Positions 45,543 through 55,930 of a stretch of DNA of 64,000 nt are shown one piece after another. The DNA comes from a virus. The notes under the pieces are model-generated. The model was not told the DNA's origin and ran no database searches. It saw only the letters and a list, made by a program, of their open reading frames with translations. The position numbers were made by a program, and so were the translations under genes. Numbering within the stretch: position 1 is the first letter of the stretch; each line of letters begins with the position of its first letter. The stretch covers positions 1-64,000 of the IMG/VR virus record IMGVR_UViG_3300017748_000002, one strand, 5' to 3'.

Positions 45543-48500
45543 ATGGCAACTACATTTACCACTACTACGTTCGGAACTACATATAAGGACGATTTTAAAG
45601 ACTCTGATAATTACCATCGGATACTCTTTAACGCTGGTCGAGCTTTGCAAGCACGTGAGCTTACGCAAATGCAGACAATCATCCAAACTGAGATTCAGCG
45701 GATGGGATCAAACATCTTCAAAGAAGGTGGTAAAGTAAATGGCGGTAACCTTACACTCAACAATTTAGAATTTATCAAGCTCACTTCAGGAGCTCTTCCA
45801 GCAGCTGCTAGTGATGTAGTTGGTGAAACATTTACTGATGGCGATGGCATTAAAGTCAAAGTCATTAAGGCTGTTGAAGCTACCGGTTCTGACCCGGATA
45901 CAATCTATGTAGAATATACTAGCACGTCAAGCGGTACAGCTGGCGCATCGGCTGTTCGTTGTTCGAATGGTGGTACACTAACTCATGATGGTGGTTCTCT
46001 CGATGCACTTACAATTGCTTCTGCAGACGCAACTGGTCAAGGCTTAGAAGCTTCAATTACTTCTGGTTCTTTTTATGTACAAGGCCACTTTGTTTTCGTC
46101 AAACAACAATCCGCATTTGTGAATAAGTATTCAAAGACTGGCACAAAAGAACTTGGATTTAAGCTTGTACAAGATATTGTTACAGCAACTGATGATAACG
46201 ATCTTTTTGATAACCAAGGCGCGGCTCCAAACAACGCAGCACCTGGTGCAGATCGATATCGGATTAGCCTTACTCTGAGTACTCGTGACTTATTAGCTGC
46301 TTCAGACAACTTTGTTTTCCTTTGTAAAATCATAAATGACAAAATCGGTAAACAAGTAACGGTTAATAGTTCTTATAACATTATTCGCGATTTCATGGCG
46401 CTAAGAACTAAAGAAGAATCAGGCGACTATATTGTAAAGAATTTTGTAGCAAAGTTTGAACCACTCAATGATTCAAATCTTAGCTTGGATGTAAGTAATG
46501 GTTTAGCATATGTTGATGGTTATCGAATTGATATTCCAGCCGAAGACATTACTGTACCAAAGGCTCAGACAACTCAAGCAGAGAATGGTGATACTGTAAT
46601 TCCTCGTTATGGTAACTATGTTCTTTTTGATTCAAACTACAATCTACCAGAAAATCACGCTAGATCAAATCTTTTTGACGGCGTACATGATTCAGCTGGA
46701 GCTGTTCCAAATCATATTGGATACGCAAGAATTCGTGGTTATGAAGAAGACGGAGCAGACCATAGAGCTTATCTCTATGATATTCAAATGAATTCTGGCC
46801 AAAACTTTGCGAACACTGCTTCAATTGGAACTGGTGCTAATGAATATCTCGCTGTAAAACAAGTAAGTGGTCGAGCAGTTATTCAAGGTACTGCTGACAA
46901 TAATTTGTTATTCCCTCTTAGTTATGCTCGTCCATCAACTATTGCCTATACATCTTCAAACGATATTACGCTTCAAAAGAAATATACAGTAACAACAAAC
47001 GCTAGTGGTGTTCTTGCTTCTAACCAAGTTATATCTGGTGGTGATACATTCACAAGTTCTACTTCTTGGGTTGCAACAGATACTTCTGGAAAAGTCGCAA
47101 GTCTTACATTTAATATTACTCTTGGTTCGCCAGCTGGTACTGAATTCAATATTACTGGTGGCGGTGGCAATACTAGAACATACGACATTTACGCTTTACA
47201 AGTTCACAAAGGTCCAAGTAACTTCTCGGCTAAGACAAAGTCTCTTGCTGCTCAACAGACTCTTACTTTGAACATGCAAAATGACTTAGATTCAGACGGA
47301 AATGGTACTCAATTCTTATCATTGAGAAAAGCAGATATCTATAAAGTTGAAGGAATTAATTTAGGTTCTACAAGTGGAGCTGATTTAACAAACTTCTTTA
47401 CTGTCGATAATGGTCAACGAGATAACTTTTATGGCATCGGCCGATTAATAAAGAATAGTGGTGTTGGTAATCTTCCAAACGGTAACGCAGTTGTCCAATT
47501 CAGATACTTTACACACAGCACATCAGGTACTCATTTCGATATAACATCTTATCCATCTGGAGATAGTGTTGGATACGATGGGATTCAAGATTACCGTCAA
47601 CAGGATGGTAATACTGTTAGCTTAAGAAATGTTCTTGATTTCCGCCCAGTGGCTGGTATTCTTGCAGATTCAGATGGTACAATGAGATACACATTTGACT
47701 CAGCCGGTAACGGTAGCCAAATTACTCCGTTGCTTCCAGCAAATCAAAACGCTTTTGATATTAATCCAACATATTATCTTACTCGTAAAGATCGACTCGT
47801 TGTTGCAACAAAAGATGAAAATCTAGATCGTTATCCACAAGCTGGCGAGCTTCGTTATATTCAAGGTGAACCAGCTCTTACTGGTGCAAAACTTCCAGCT
47901 GTACCAGATGGATCTTTAGAAATCTATCAGTTTACTTTGAATCCATTTACAATCCATGAATCTGATTTATCAAGTCGTTATGTTGAAGCTAAACGATTTA
48001 CAATGGCAGATATCGGTAATCTTGAGAAAAGAATTGATGATCTTCAAGATTTGACTGTGTTAAGTTTACTTGAAAATGCCACCGAAGCATTAACGATTGT
48101 TGATTCGGCCGGTAATGAAAGAACAAAAGCTGGATTCATTGCTGATCCATTTGATAATTTCAATTTTTCAGATGTTGAAAGAGACGAATATAGAGCATTT
48201 ATTCATGAACGTAGTGGTGTACTACATCCTCAAGCAATGTCAAATGTCATTCGTCTTCTATACGATTCTGCTAATTCTACTAGCACTACACGTGGAGTTT
48301 TCAGACCGTCAGGCGATATCTTGACTTTGTCTGTAGATTCAAGCCATGTGTTTATTGATCAACCATTAGCGACTGAAACAGAAAATGTTAACCCATTTGC
48401 GGTATTCTCTGGTGAAGGTCATATCACGTTATCACCAAGATCTGATACGTGGTACGAACGCCGTCAAGCACCTGATGCAATTGTAGATGGTGGAACTATT

Positions 48501-48656
48501 AGAAAAGTTAGAATTATCCGCATCAATGGCGGTGGCGGCGGTGATGATAACGGCGGCCGGGATAACGGTGATATTGGACGCGATCCATCTGGTACAGCTG
48601 GTGCTGGCCAATTTGGAGGTGGCGGTCCTACTGGTATGTCGGATTGGGGTGATTAA
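45543..48656 (+). CDS. VrlC/DUF4815-like virion structural protein, N-terminal part
   Basis: YKDDF....NYHRILF..GR.LQARELTQ.Q, APGADR, RT.EESGDY, DFRP, RFTM.DIG.LE.RI..L, VNPF. Confidence 0.8.
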   Translation: MATTFTTTTFGTTYKDDFKDSDNYHRILFNAGRALQARELTQMQTIIQTEIQRMGSNIFKEGGKVNGGNLTLNNLEFIKLTSGALPAAASDVVGETFTDGDGIKVKVIKAVEATGSDPDTIYVEYTSTSSGTAGASAVRCSNGGTLTHDGGSLDALTIASADATGQGLEASITSGSFYVQGHFVFVKQQSAFVNKYSKTGTKELGFKLVQDIVTATDDNDLFDNQGAAPNNAAPGADRYRISLTLSTRDLLAASDNFVFLCKIINDKIGKQVTVNSSYNIIRDFMALRTKEESGDYIVKNFVAKFEPLNDSNLSLDVSNGLAYVDGYRIDIPAEDITVPKAQTTQAENGDTVIPRYGNYVLFDSNYNLPENHARSNLFDGVHDSAGAVPNHIGYARIRGYEEDGADHRAYLYDIQMNSGQNFANTASIGTGANEYLAVKQVSGRAVIQGTADNNLLFPLSYARPSTIAYTSSNDITLQKKYTVTTNASGVLASNQVISGGDTFTSSTSWVATDTSGKVASLTFNITLGSPAGTEFNITGGGGNTRTYDIYALQVHKGPSNFSAKTKSLAAQQTLTLNMQNDLDSDGNGTQFLSLRKADIYKVEGINLGSTSGADLTNFFTVDNGQRDNFYGIGRLIKNSGVGNLPNGNAVVQFRYFTHSTSGTHFDITSYPSGDSVGYDGIQDYRQQDGNTVSLRNVLDFRPVAGILADSDGTMRYTFDSAGNGSQITPLLPANQNAFDINPTYYLTRKDRLVVATKDENLDRYPQAGELRYIQGEPALTGAKLPAVPDGSLEIYQFTLNPFTIHESDLSSRYVEAKRFTMADIGNLEKRIDDLQDLTVLSLLENATEALTIVDSAGNERTKAGFIADPFDNFNFSDVERDEYRAFIHERSGVLHPQAMSNVIRLLYDSANSTSTTRGVFRPSGDILTLSVDSSHVFIDQPLATETENVNPFAVFSGEGHITLSPRSDTWYERRQAPDAIVDGGTIRKVRIIRINGGGGGDDNGGRDNGDIGRDPSGTAGAGQFGGGGPTGMSDWGD

Positions 48657-48690
48657 TAAATGAAAAAGACAAATATAACGGAGTGTCATA

Positions 48691-50766
48691 ATGTCTAACG
48701 TTGATATTCGCAGAGAAAAAATTGGAACGGAAATCGTTGATGTGTCGTTCATTCCTTTCATGCGTGGCAGAAAAGTTTTCTTTAAGGCACAAGGCCTTCG
48801 CCCTAACACTCGGTATTTTCCGTACTTTGGTAAGAAAGCGATTGATGATTACACACGTGAAGAAACAACGTTTAAATCATTTGCAGAACGTCAGGATGAT
48901 AATTCAAACGTTTTCCAAAAAGCACTTGCGCACCCTGATGGATCTACAAATCTAATTTCTGACGCTTCAGGTGTCATCATTGGTTCATTTGTTATTCCTA
49001 GCAGAGATAATTTTAAGTTTAGAACTGGTACTCGCGAATTTAAACTGGTAGATGTATCCGGTGCAGGTACTGATGAGTCCCAAGCTATTAGTACTGCTAG
49101 AGTTCCTTTTACTTCAACTGGTATTTTACAAACATATCAAGATACTGTTCGTGTTACAAGAATTGTTACAACAACACAGATTATTCGAAGAGATCCTCTT
49201 GCTCAATCATTCTTTGTAGATGCTGTTGAAAATAAGAATGGCATTTTTATAACAAAGATTAGAGCATATTTTGCAACAAAGTCAACTGGTGTTCCGGTTC
49301 AAATGCAAATCCGGCCAGTTGTCGCTGGTGTTCCATCAAATCAACCTTTACCAGATGCTTCTAAATTTTTAGATCCAGCTAGTATTAATATTCCAACTGA
49401 TGCGTCTGATCTCAATAATATTCGTTCACATGGTACAGACTTTGAATTTGATGAGCCAGTTTATCTAGAGCCAAATAAAGAATATGCCTTTGTTATTTTG
49501 GCAGATAGCGTTGATTATACTGTTTTTGTCGCAAAGACATATGAATTCTTGATTGGTTCAACCGAAGCAAGAGTTAATAAGCAACCTACTCTTGGTTCTT
49601 TGTTTATGTCTCAAAACTCTTCAACTTGGTCGCCAGATCAAGATCGTGATATGATGTTTCAGATATATCGCGCAGAGTTTGCAAGTTCTGGTTCAGCGTT
49701 GTTCACCAATGCTACAGACATACGTGAATTAACAAATGATAATCAACTTCTTGCTGATTCAGGTGGAACTGAATGTACAGTGTTTATGGTTGGCCACGGT
49801 CTCGCAAAGAACGATAAAGTCTTTATCTCTGGTGTATCAGACGCAGATGTAAGTGGCGCGTTTAGTTTTGCCAATTCCGTTACTGGATCAAGAACAATCA
49901 CAAAGGTAGATCATACCGGATTTACTTTTGCCGCTGACTCAAACGCTCAAGGATCTCTCTTTGTCGGTGGTGATGGCATGATCGTTACTCGTAACATGAT
50001 GTACGATAGATTCAGACCAAGTGTTCAAACGCTATTACCCGGAGCCGATACAACTCTTTCTGCTACGGCAAAATTAGTAAGTGGTTCTTCATACGCTGGA
50101 AATAGAAACACAAATCCAACATATACAAAAGACGGTGCATATACACCTATTACATTGAATGAAAATAACTTTTTAACAGCACCTTGTATTGTTTTAAACG
50201 ATTCAAATGCAGTTGTTCATAGCTTGTCTGGCGCCTCATTCGATATGAAAGTCGATTTTGCTACATCAGACACAAAAGTTTCACCAATTATCGATCTACA
50301 AAGATCTGATTTGATAATGCGTGAAAACATTATTGACAAACAGGATAATTCAGCTACAAGTGGATTCAATGTTCCAATTCGATTTGTTGATGAAACTGAT
50401 GCTAGTCTTGGTTCACATGCTGCGAAACACATTACAACACCAGTTACTCTTGAAGAACCAGCTGTTGGTTTGAGCATTAAGTTTGGTGCTAATCGTCCAT
50501 CCGCTGCAGGATTTAGAGTATACTTTAAGACTGGTACACCAGATGATAACCTTGATGATCTATCATACACTGAGTTAAGTGAAGTCACAAGCAATCCAGC
50601 TGATGAACAAGTTACAGTATTCCGTGAGTACGAATATCTTGCTGGTGGTGATGTTGGTAACCTTGATTCATTTACTCAATTCCAAGTAAAGATTGTTATG
50701 ACTTCAACAAATTCATCTAAAGTTCCTGCTATTACAGACTTAAGAGTGATTGCTCTAGTAACATGA
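48691..50766 (+). CDS. VrlC/DUF4815-like virion structural protein, C-terminal part
   Basis: IPFMR.R.V.F...GLRPNTR.F..F, DPLAQSF, F.F..PVYL, GSLF.SQN..TW..DQ..D..F, SP.ID, FQVKIV. Confidence 0.8.
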   Translation: MSNVDIRREKIGTEIVDVSFIPFMRGRKVFFKAQGLRPNTRYFPYFGKKAIDDYTREETTFKSFAERQDDNSNVFQKALAHPDGSTNLISDASGVIIGSFVIPSRDNFKFRTGTREFKLVDVSGAGTDESQAISTARVPFTSTGILQTYQDTVRVTRIVTTTQIIRRDPLAQSFFVDAVENKNGIFITKIRAYFATKSTGVPVQMQIRPVVAGVPSNQPLPDASKFLDPASINIPTDASDLNNIRSHGTDFEFDEPVYLEPNKEYAFVILADSVDYTVFVAKTYEFLIGSTEARVNKQPTLGSLFMSQNSSTWSPDQDRDMMFQIYRAEFASSGSALFTNATDIRELTNDNQLLADSGGTECTVFMVGHGLAKNDKVFISGVSDADVSGAFSFANSVTGSRTITKVDHTGFTFAADSNAQGSLFVGGDGMIVTRNMMYDRFRPSVQTLLPGADTTLSATAKLVSGSSYAGNRNTNPTYTKDGAYTPITLNENNFLTAPCIVLNDSNAVVHSLSGASFDMKVDFATSDTKVSPIIDLQRSDLIMRENIIDKQDNSATSGFNVPIRFVDETDASLGSHAAKHITTPVTLEEPAVGLSIKFGANRPSAAGFRVYFKTGTPDDNLDDLSYTELSEVTSNPADEQVTVFREYEYLAGGDVGNLDSFTQFQVKIVMTSTNSSKVPAITDLRVIALVT

Positions 50767-50984
50767 TGAAACAACAAGTACAAGGGATGAACGGCTGGGT
50801 AAGAGATATACGTACTGGAGCCGTTATAAATACAAATACGAAAGATATAGCAAAAGCTAGGCATCGTAAAAAGGTTTGGAAAGAACAACAGGAAGAACTT
50901 GAAATACTTCGTAATGATGTTGCTATGATGAAACAAATGATGCAACAGATTTTAGAGGATAAAGATGGCTCAAACAACAATTAA
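50763..50984 (+). CDS. Conserved small T4-like protein
   Basis: VRD..TGAVINT motif plus coiled coil. Confidence 0.7.
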   Translation: MMKQQVQGMNGWVRDIRTGAVINTNTKDIAKARHRKKVWKEQQEELEILRNDVAMMKQMMQQILEDKDGSNNN

Positions 50985-51552
50985 TCTATCAGATCCTATT
51001 GCAACTTGGGTAACTAAGTCGAATGAAATGGGAGCCGATATTGGAGATCTAGCGACGCTAAGTGATTCAGCCGCGACGCTTGTTCATGCCATTAACGCCA
51101 TAGATTCAGATATTGGTAATCGAGCATCACTTACTACTCCGGCGGTTGACTTAGTAACTGCTATAAATAATCTTGCGAATACGTTCTTTGAGGTAACAGA
51201 TTCTGCTGATATTAAGAATTACTTTGTTAGTACTTCAGGTATTGGTGGCATTACGTTTGATAGCGGATCCGGTGGATCGCGTGGATCATTTACTCTTGTG
51301 AATGATGCAATTAACGCATCTAAGATTCAAGATTTTGCTGTCCAACAAGAACACTTTAATGATAGCTCTGTTCCAAGTCGAGCATTTAGAGCTCAGGTAG
51401 TTTCTAATTCGGCCTTAGCTGATTCTGCGGTATCATTTCACAAAATTCAAAGTGGAGCAATCAAATCGACTAACTTTGCTTCAACAACTAAATTAGAAAT
51501 TAAAAATTCAGCGGGAACAACGCTTAAAACAATGTACGGACCTGGAGTTTAA
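50965..51552 (+). CDS. Tail fibre / fibritin-like structural protein
   Basis: INLSD....W..KSN....DIGDL..L...A.LV.AIN repeats; pentapeptide-like AV...KI repeats. Confidence 0.6.
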   Translation: MAQTTINLSDPIATWVTKSNEMGADIGDLATLSDSAATLVHAINAIDSDIGNRASLTTPAVDLVTAINNLANTFFEVTDSADIKNYFVSTSGIGGITFDSGSGGSRGSFTLVNDAINASKIQDFAVQQEHFNDSSVPSRAFRAQVVSNSALADSAVSFHKIQSGAIKSTNFASTTKLEIKNSAGTTLKTMYGPGV

Positions 51553-51554
51553 TA

Positions 51555-52502
51555 ATGACAGTATTTCCACTTAAATATGATGGCAGTGATTCGCTGCAAG
51601 ATATGACTGATGCTGAACTTGAAAGAGTCACGTATTACACACAAGCAGCATACGCTGCAGTTTTGAGTGCTAATGGAATCGGATACGTTTTTGCTGGATC
51701 AGGCGAAACGGATATCGGTTCTGCGTCAGACACTAGTTCTACACAACAAACGAACGGCACTAGAAAACTTACTAACTCTGGTACTACTCAAGGTTACCCA
51801 GGCTATCCAGGGACTGGTACAGAAACAGACGCAACATACGATTACCGTCAAAACAGATCTTCACCGACTGCTGTTTCGGCTGCGGTGTTTAACGAACACG
51901 GCCCAGTGTATTATGATTCTGGAAGTGATCATATCATTCCATTTACTACCGAAGCTCAAATTGCTGATGTGATCACTAATCAAGCGATTACAAATATGAG
52001 AACTGGTGATGAGGTTGGTTCTTATAGAGTATCAACATCTACTCCTTCAAACGGAGGAGCTGGAACATGGACTGATAAAGGTACATTCTTCGCAGATACT
52101 ACTTATTCAGCTGGTACAACAACATATAAGCTTTGGGTAAAAACTGCGTTAGATAGTATTCCCGGATCAGATACGTTTCCTCTTAACCTTGAAGGTGCTG
52201 GCACAACTGGTCAGTTACAACAAGCTGAGATTACAGCTGCTAGCGGGCTGGTACAAAACGTCTTGTTACCTTCTCTGCAGCGTAAAATGTCAAGTGGTCT
52301 ATACTACACAGTGGCTACATCAACATCTGGAGAGACTCGTGGAACATTCACAAACACTCGTCAAACTGGAACAACAAATTCACAGTCTCTCGGAGTAGAT
52401 ACAATTGGCGGTGTTTACGGTACGTTTTATCGGTCTATAAGTAGTCCATCAGGCAGTGCCTCAACAGTAACAACATATTATTTTAATATGATCCCTGCAT
52501 AA
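51555..52502 (+). CDS. Putative tail/receptor-binding structural protein
   Basis: 315 aa Thr/Ser/Gly-rich, internal repeat of PL....LQ. Confidence 0.55.
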   Translation: MTVFPLKYDGSDSLQDMTDAELERVTYYTQAAYAAVLSANGIGYVFAGSGETDIGSASDTSSTQQTNGTRKLTNSGTTQGYPGYPGTGTETDATYDYRQNRSSPTAVSAAVFNEHGPVYYDSGSDHIIPFTTEAQIADVITNQAITNMRTGDEVGSYRVSTSTPSNGGAGTWTDKGTFFADTTYSAGTTTYKLWVKTALDSIPGSDTFPLNLEGAGTTGQLQQAEITAASGLVQNVLLPSLQRKMSSGLYYTVATSTSGETRGTFTNTRQTGTTNSQSLGVDTIGGVYGTFYRSISSPSGSASTVTTYYFNMIPA

Positions 52503-52512
52503 GGAATATGAA

Positions 52513-53043
52513 ATGAAAACAAGAGACGGAAGATTAGTCAATGCTCGATTTACAGATACAGATAATACGCTGATCAGAGCAGAATTTAAAAATTATGAAA
52601 ACGATGGTGCTGTAACTATTGCGCACCATGCATTTAATCCTGAAAATAAAATTGTTCATGAAATTTTACAAGAGTTTTCTCCAGAAGATCTTGAGAGAAA
52701 CTACGTAGAATTTAATAAAGAAGAATCAATTCGCGTAGCTTACTTTAACAAGTTCGCCGAAAGATTTGATGAGATTGTTGACTATCTTGATTCCGGCGTT
52801 GCACCTCAAGCACCGGCCGAAGAAAAGCCAATTAATCTTACATCAATTAAAGAAATTGGAAATAATGCTGAAGAATTCTTTAAACTGAAACTTGAAGTAT
52901 TTGAACTTGAAGAAGTAAAAAATTCAAAGAATCGCAAATGGAAAGCGAGTATGCGAAAGGCAACTACCAGCCTCGAACTTCTCTCGTTACTTTATGAGGT
53001 GTATTCGACCCTTGAAAATGAAGAAGGCGAACGTCTGGATTAA
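52513..53043 (+). CDS. Hypothetical protein (possible tail-fibre chaperone)
   Basis: FFKLKLEVFE..EVK.S.....K..MRKA; follows fibre-like genes. Confidence 0.55.
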   Translation: MKTRDGRLVNARFTDTDNTLIRAEFKNYENDGAVTIAHHAFNPENKIVHEILQEFSPEDLERNYVEFNKEESIRVAYFNKFAERFDEIVDYLDSGVAPQAPAEEKPINLTSIKEIGNNAEEFFKLKLEVFELEEVKNSKNRKWKASMRKATTSLELLSLLYEVYSTLENEEGERLD

Positions 53044-53632
53044 ACTCTTCTCCAAGAAACAGGTACTCTCCAGGATAGCGCAAGTTAGCGTCTAAAATAA
53101 AGTTATTGTTATACTGAGCCCACTTATTCCAATTAGTCATCCAAGTTTCGGGTAAGAATTTAAGCTTCAGTCTTTCTTTTACAGAGTCTTCTACAAAATA
53201 CTGTTCACCATTAACGGGGCCGCAAGTGGTCCCGTTTTTGATATAATACTCCATCCAATATTCAGAATCCGACACAAATTTATCATAGATGTATTTACAA
53301 TCTTTTGGATAATACTTTTGAAATCCACCTTGTAGTCTATAATTTAATTCTGGATCTACATCATCCCACCAACAATATGCTCCAATAAACTCACCGCGTT
53401 CGATCGGATAATTTATCGCATCCATATAATCATTGATAAAGCTCATATCTATATCAATAACTACGACTGGTTCGTCGATATCTAAAGACATTGGAACTAA
53501 CTTATTCCATTGTGCTTTTCCAATAGTCTCTTCACGAATCCAATTTACGTTTGGTATTTTTGAATCAATGTACTCTTCGTATTCTGGGCCGTATTTGTCG
53601 CCAGTACGGACAGCGTAGACTCGTGGTTCCAT
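52964..53632 (-). CDS. Glycosyltransferase-like protein (KYGPEY family, DxD)
   Basis: GDKYGPEY, WNKL, IDID, WW, GEQYF, LLHF. Confidence 0.65.
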   Translation of the reverse strand: MEPRVYAVRTGDKYGPEYEEYIDSKIPNVNWIREETIGKAQWNKLVPMSLDIDEPVVVIDIDMSFINDYMDAINYPIERGEFIGAYCWWDDVDPELNYRLQGGFQKYYPKDCKYIYDKFVSDSEYWMEYYIKNGTTCGPVNGEQYFVEDSVKERLKLKFLPETWMTNWNKWAQYNNNFILDANLRYPGEYLFLGEEFNPDVRLLHFQGSNTPHKVTREVRGW

Positions 53633-54138
53633 AGTTCGTCCTTCGCATGATTGTATAGTGTGATTGGCATTTTACCACCATCCCACAAATATGAATCACA
53701 TACTTTATCGTAAGTATTATATTCTATTTCTTTGTATAAAAACTCGTCAATGCCTTTATTATATTTTACCATATAATAGTCAGGATCTTCAGCAAACTTA
53801 TCATGAATATGCGAGTGATCTCCTGACCAAGACATGATAGAACTATTCAATGGTGTATGAAAAGGCTGCCTCCACCATGCGTGAAGAAGAGTAAATTTAT
53901 CACGCCAAAGATGATCGATAGTGCCCCCAATAAAAACGTCGAGATCAAAATACAGGTATTGTCCGGTTTTAAAAAGATCAAACAGGCGAAGCTTATCATA
54001 CACACCACCGTATAAAATATCGTCAACAACAGATAGTCTATCATATTGAGCTCCTATGTTATCTAGCATATATTCTATATTGTGTATCCAATATGATTGT
54101 CCATACGCTGGTGGTGTGTTGAGTAATACTATTTCCAT
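53545..54138 (-). CDS. Glycosyltransferase-like protein (DxD)
   Basis: DKLRLF, LYFDLDV, WW, LNSSIMSW, GIDEFL. Confidence 0.65.
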   Translation of the reverse strand: MEIVLLNTPPAYGQSYWIHNIEYMLDNIGAQYDRLSVVDDILYGGVYDKLRLFDLFKTGQYLYFDLDVFIGGTIDHLWRDKFTLLHAWWRQPFHTPLNSSIMSWSGDHSHIHDKFAEDPDYYMVKYNKGIDEFLYKEIEYNTYDKVCDSYLWDGGKMPITLYNHAKDELWNHESTLSVLATNTAQNTKSTLIQKYQT

Positions 54139-55052
54139 TTTTCAACCATCGTGTCGAGTTTACAATGACAAGAAATAATATCACAAGTATACGGATCAGC
54201 CGGTAATCTCCACACTGTATTAACGTTTCCAAGTGGCAAGTCAGCTCCAGCACAACATCTTCGAATAGTACCATCTGCTTCAACAGATAAGCTTTTAATA
54301 CCAGCCATACATTTCCATCCACGGAAATCTACTTCTTTGTTAGCGATCATATCAGGATGAGCTCGTTCTTCTCCATCGATATAGATTTTCCAAGGATACG
54401 GCCAGTTAACTTTTAATGGCAAGCATCTTTTCTCTCTCGATTGAGTGATCCACTTAATTTGTTCAGGACTATAATCCATTAGCTTACCATCGCCTTGAAT
54501 ACTTACTCGAGTCAATTTAGCATTCACATCAACAGTAGCTTTACTTTCTATAATTCTTTCAACTAACTTTTGAGCTCTATCGAAATTTTCAGGAGTCACT
54601 TGTAAATTAGCGACAATCTCTCCTTTTGATTGCATTGCTTGAATTACGTCAAAGAAATGATCATCGTCAGCAAACTCATAATGCCAACTGAATACAATGT
54701 AAGCATTAAGATCTTCAGGCCATTGATTCCAATATCGTAAAGTGCGACTTCCATTTGTACAAATTTCAATAATTCTATTTGGAGAGTTAATCTTTTTACA
54801 GAATTCGTCAAACTTTGGCATGAGTGTTGGTTCACCACCTAACAAGGATACTAACATATACTCATTATTCTTTTCAAAGTCGTTGAGAAGATCTACATAG
54901 TTTTCCCAGTCAGCTGGCCATCTGTTTTTTCCGCCATAATGATATGGATGACAATAGCTACACTTATAATTACACACGTCATGAAGCATGATATTTACAA
55001 TGCCGCAATCTGGATTGTTGTTTGTAATTCTCATACGATTATCTATTTCCAT
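54129..55052 (-). CDS. Radical SAM protein with C-terminal twitch/SPASM-like domain
   Basis: CNYKCSYC, GGEPT, TNGS; GWKCMAG...V.ADG...RCC...C...SCHC. Confidence 0.88.
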   Translation of the reverse strand: MEIDNRMRITNNNPDCGIVNIMLHDVCNYKCSYCHPYHYGGKNRWPADWENYVDLLNDFEKNNEYMLVSLLGGEPTLMPKFDEFCKKINSPNRIIEICTNGSRTLRYWNQWPEDLNAYIVFSWHYEFADDDHFFDVIQAMQSKGEIVANLQVTPENFDRAQKLVERIIESKATVDVNAKLTRVSIQGDGKLMDYSPEQIKWITQSREKRCLPLKVNWPYPWKIYIDGEERAHPDMIANKEVDFRGWKCMAGIKSLSVEADGTIRRCCAGADLPLGNVNTVWRLPADPYTCDIISCHCKLDTMVEKWK

Positions 55053-55930
55053 TTAGTTAGTATAGTTTCAAGCCGACAGGTACAAGGTTTATGAGTATCA
55101 CAAATGATCGGATCTTTCGGAAGCTCAAAATACGTATTAATATTTCCTAAGCTACCACCTACTTGTTTTGTGCATCGCCATATTTCGCCATTGGTGTGTA
55201 CATAAATTCTATCAAGGCCAGCATTACATTTCCACCCTTGAAACCAATAGTTTTCTGATGCTATCATTTCTGATAATTTGCCGGCACTACACTCGAGTGG
55301 TAAAACAAAGTTTGGACCTGATTGAGTATTATTCCAATAATGAGATTGAATCCATTTTTTCTGTTCATCAGTATATTCAAAATAGTCAGGTCCGTCGATC
55401 ACGACTCGAGTAAACTTTGGAATTGCTTCTACTCTTAATTTTTTTTCTACTATTCTATGGTATAGTGCTTGTCCTCTTTCGTAATTATCTGGAGTCAATA
55501 AGAATGTAGCCACACACATAGCTTTGTCTTGCATGATCTCGAGAACATCAAGGTAATGGTCGTCATCTGCTTCTTCATGGTGCCAACTAAAGAGAGCAGT
55601 TGCTGTATGTTTTGGTAAGCTTTCCCAGTACCGCTTTGTTCTACTTCCATTAGTAGCGTATTCAATGTACGTACGATCATCACTAATATAATCTATAAAG
55701 TCATGAAACTTTGGCCATAAAGTTGGCTCACCACCGAGAATCTGAACATACACATATTTCTTTTTTTCTTTGATCTCGTCAATTAGATCAAGGTATCCAT
55801 CCCACTTAGTAGGCCAACGGTACGACCCATCGCGATGTTCATCACTACAATAGCTACAATTAAAATTGCAGACATTATGGACAAACAACGAGACAATACA
55901 GCAATCTGGATTTGAGTTAATTATTTCCAT
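55043..55930 (-). CDS. Radical SAM protein with C-terminal twitch/SPASM-like domain
   Basis: CNFNCSYC, GGEPT, TNGS; GWKCNAG...V..NG...RC...C....CTC. Confidence 0.88.
   Translation of the reverse strand: MEIINSNPDCCIVSLFVHNVCNFNCSYCSDEHRDGSYRWPTKWDGYLDLIDEIKEKKKYVYVQILGGEPTLWPKFHDFIDYISDDRTYIEYATNGSRTKRYWESLPKHTATALFSWHHEEADDDHYLDVLEIMQDKAMCVATFLLTPDNYERGQALYHRIVEKKLRVEAIPKFTRVVIDGPDYFEYTDEQKKWIQSHYWNNTQSGPNFVLPLECSAGKLSEMIASENYWFQGWKCNAGLDRIYVHTNGEIWRCTKQVGGSLGNINTYFELPKDPIICDTHKPCTCRLETILTKWK

Noticed and set aside
52964-53043. 80-nt convergent overlap between fibre-region gene and GT-like gene
   Set aside because: Short tail-to-tail overlaps are common in compact phage genomes (also 24672-24690, 31577-31580); no sign of a separate function.
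54129-55052. CNYKC motif suggesting a viperin-like antiviral radical SAM
   Set aside because: The rest of the protein has a Cys-rich twitch/SPASM-like C-terminus and is paralogous to 55043 and 60478; the motif alone is not diagnostic.
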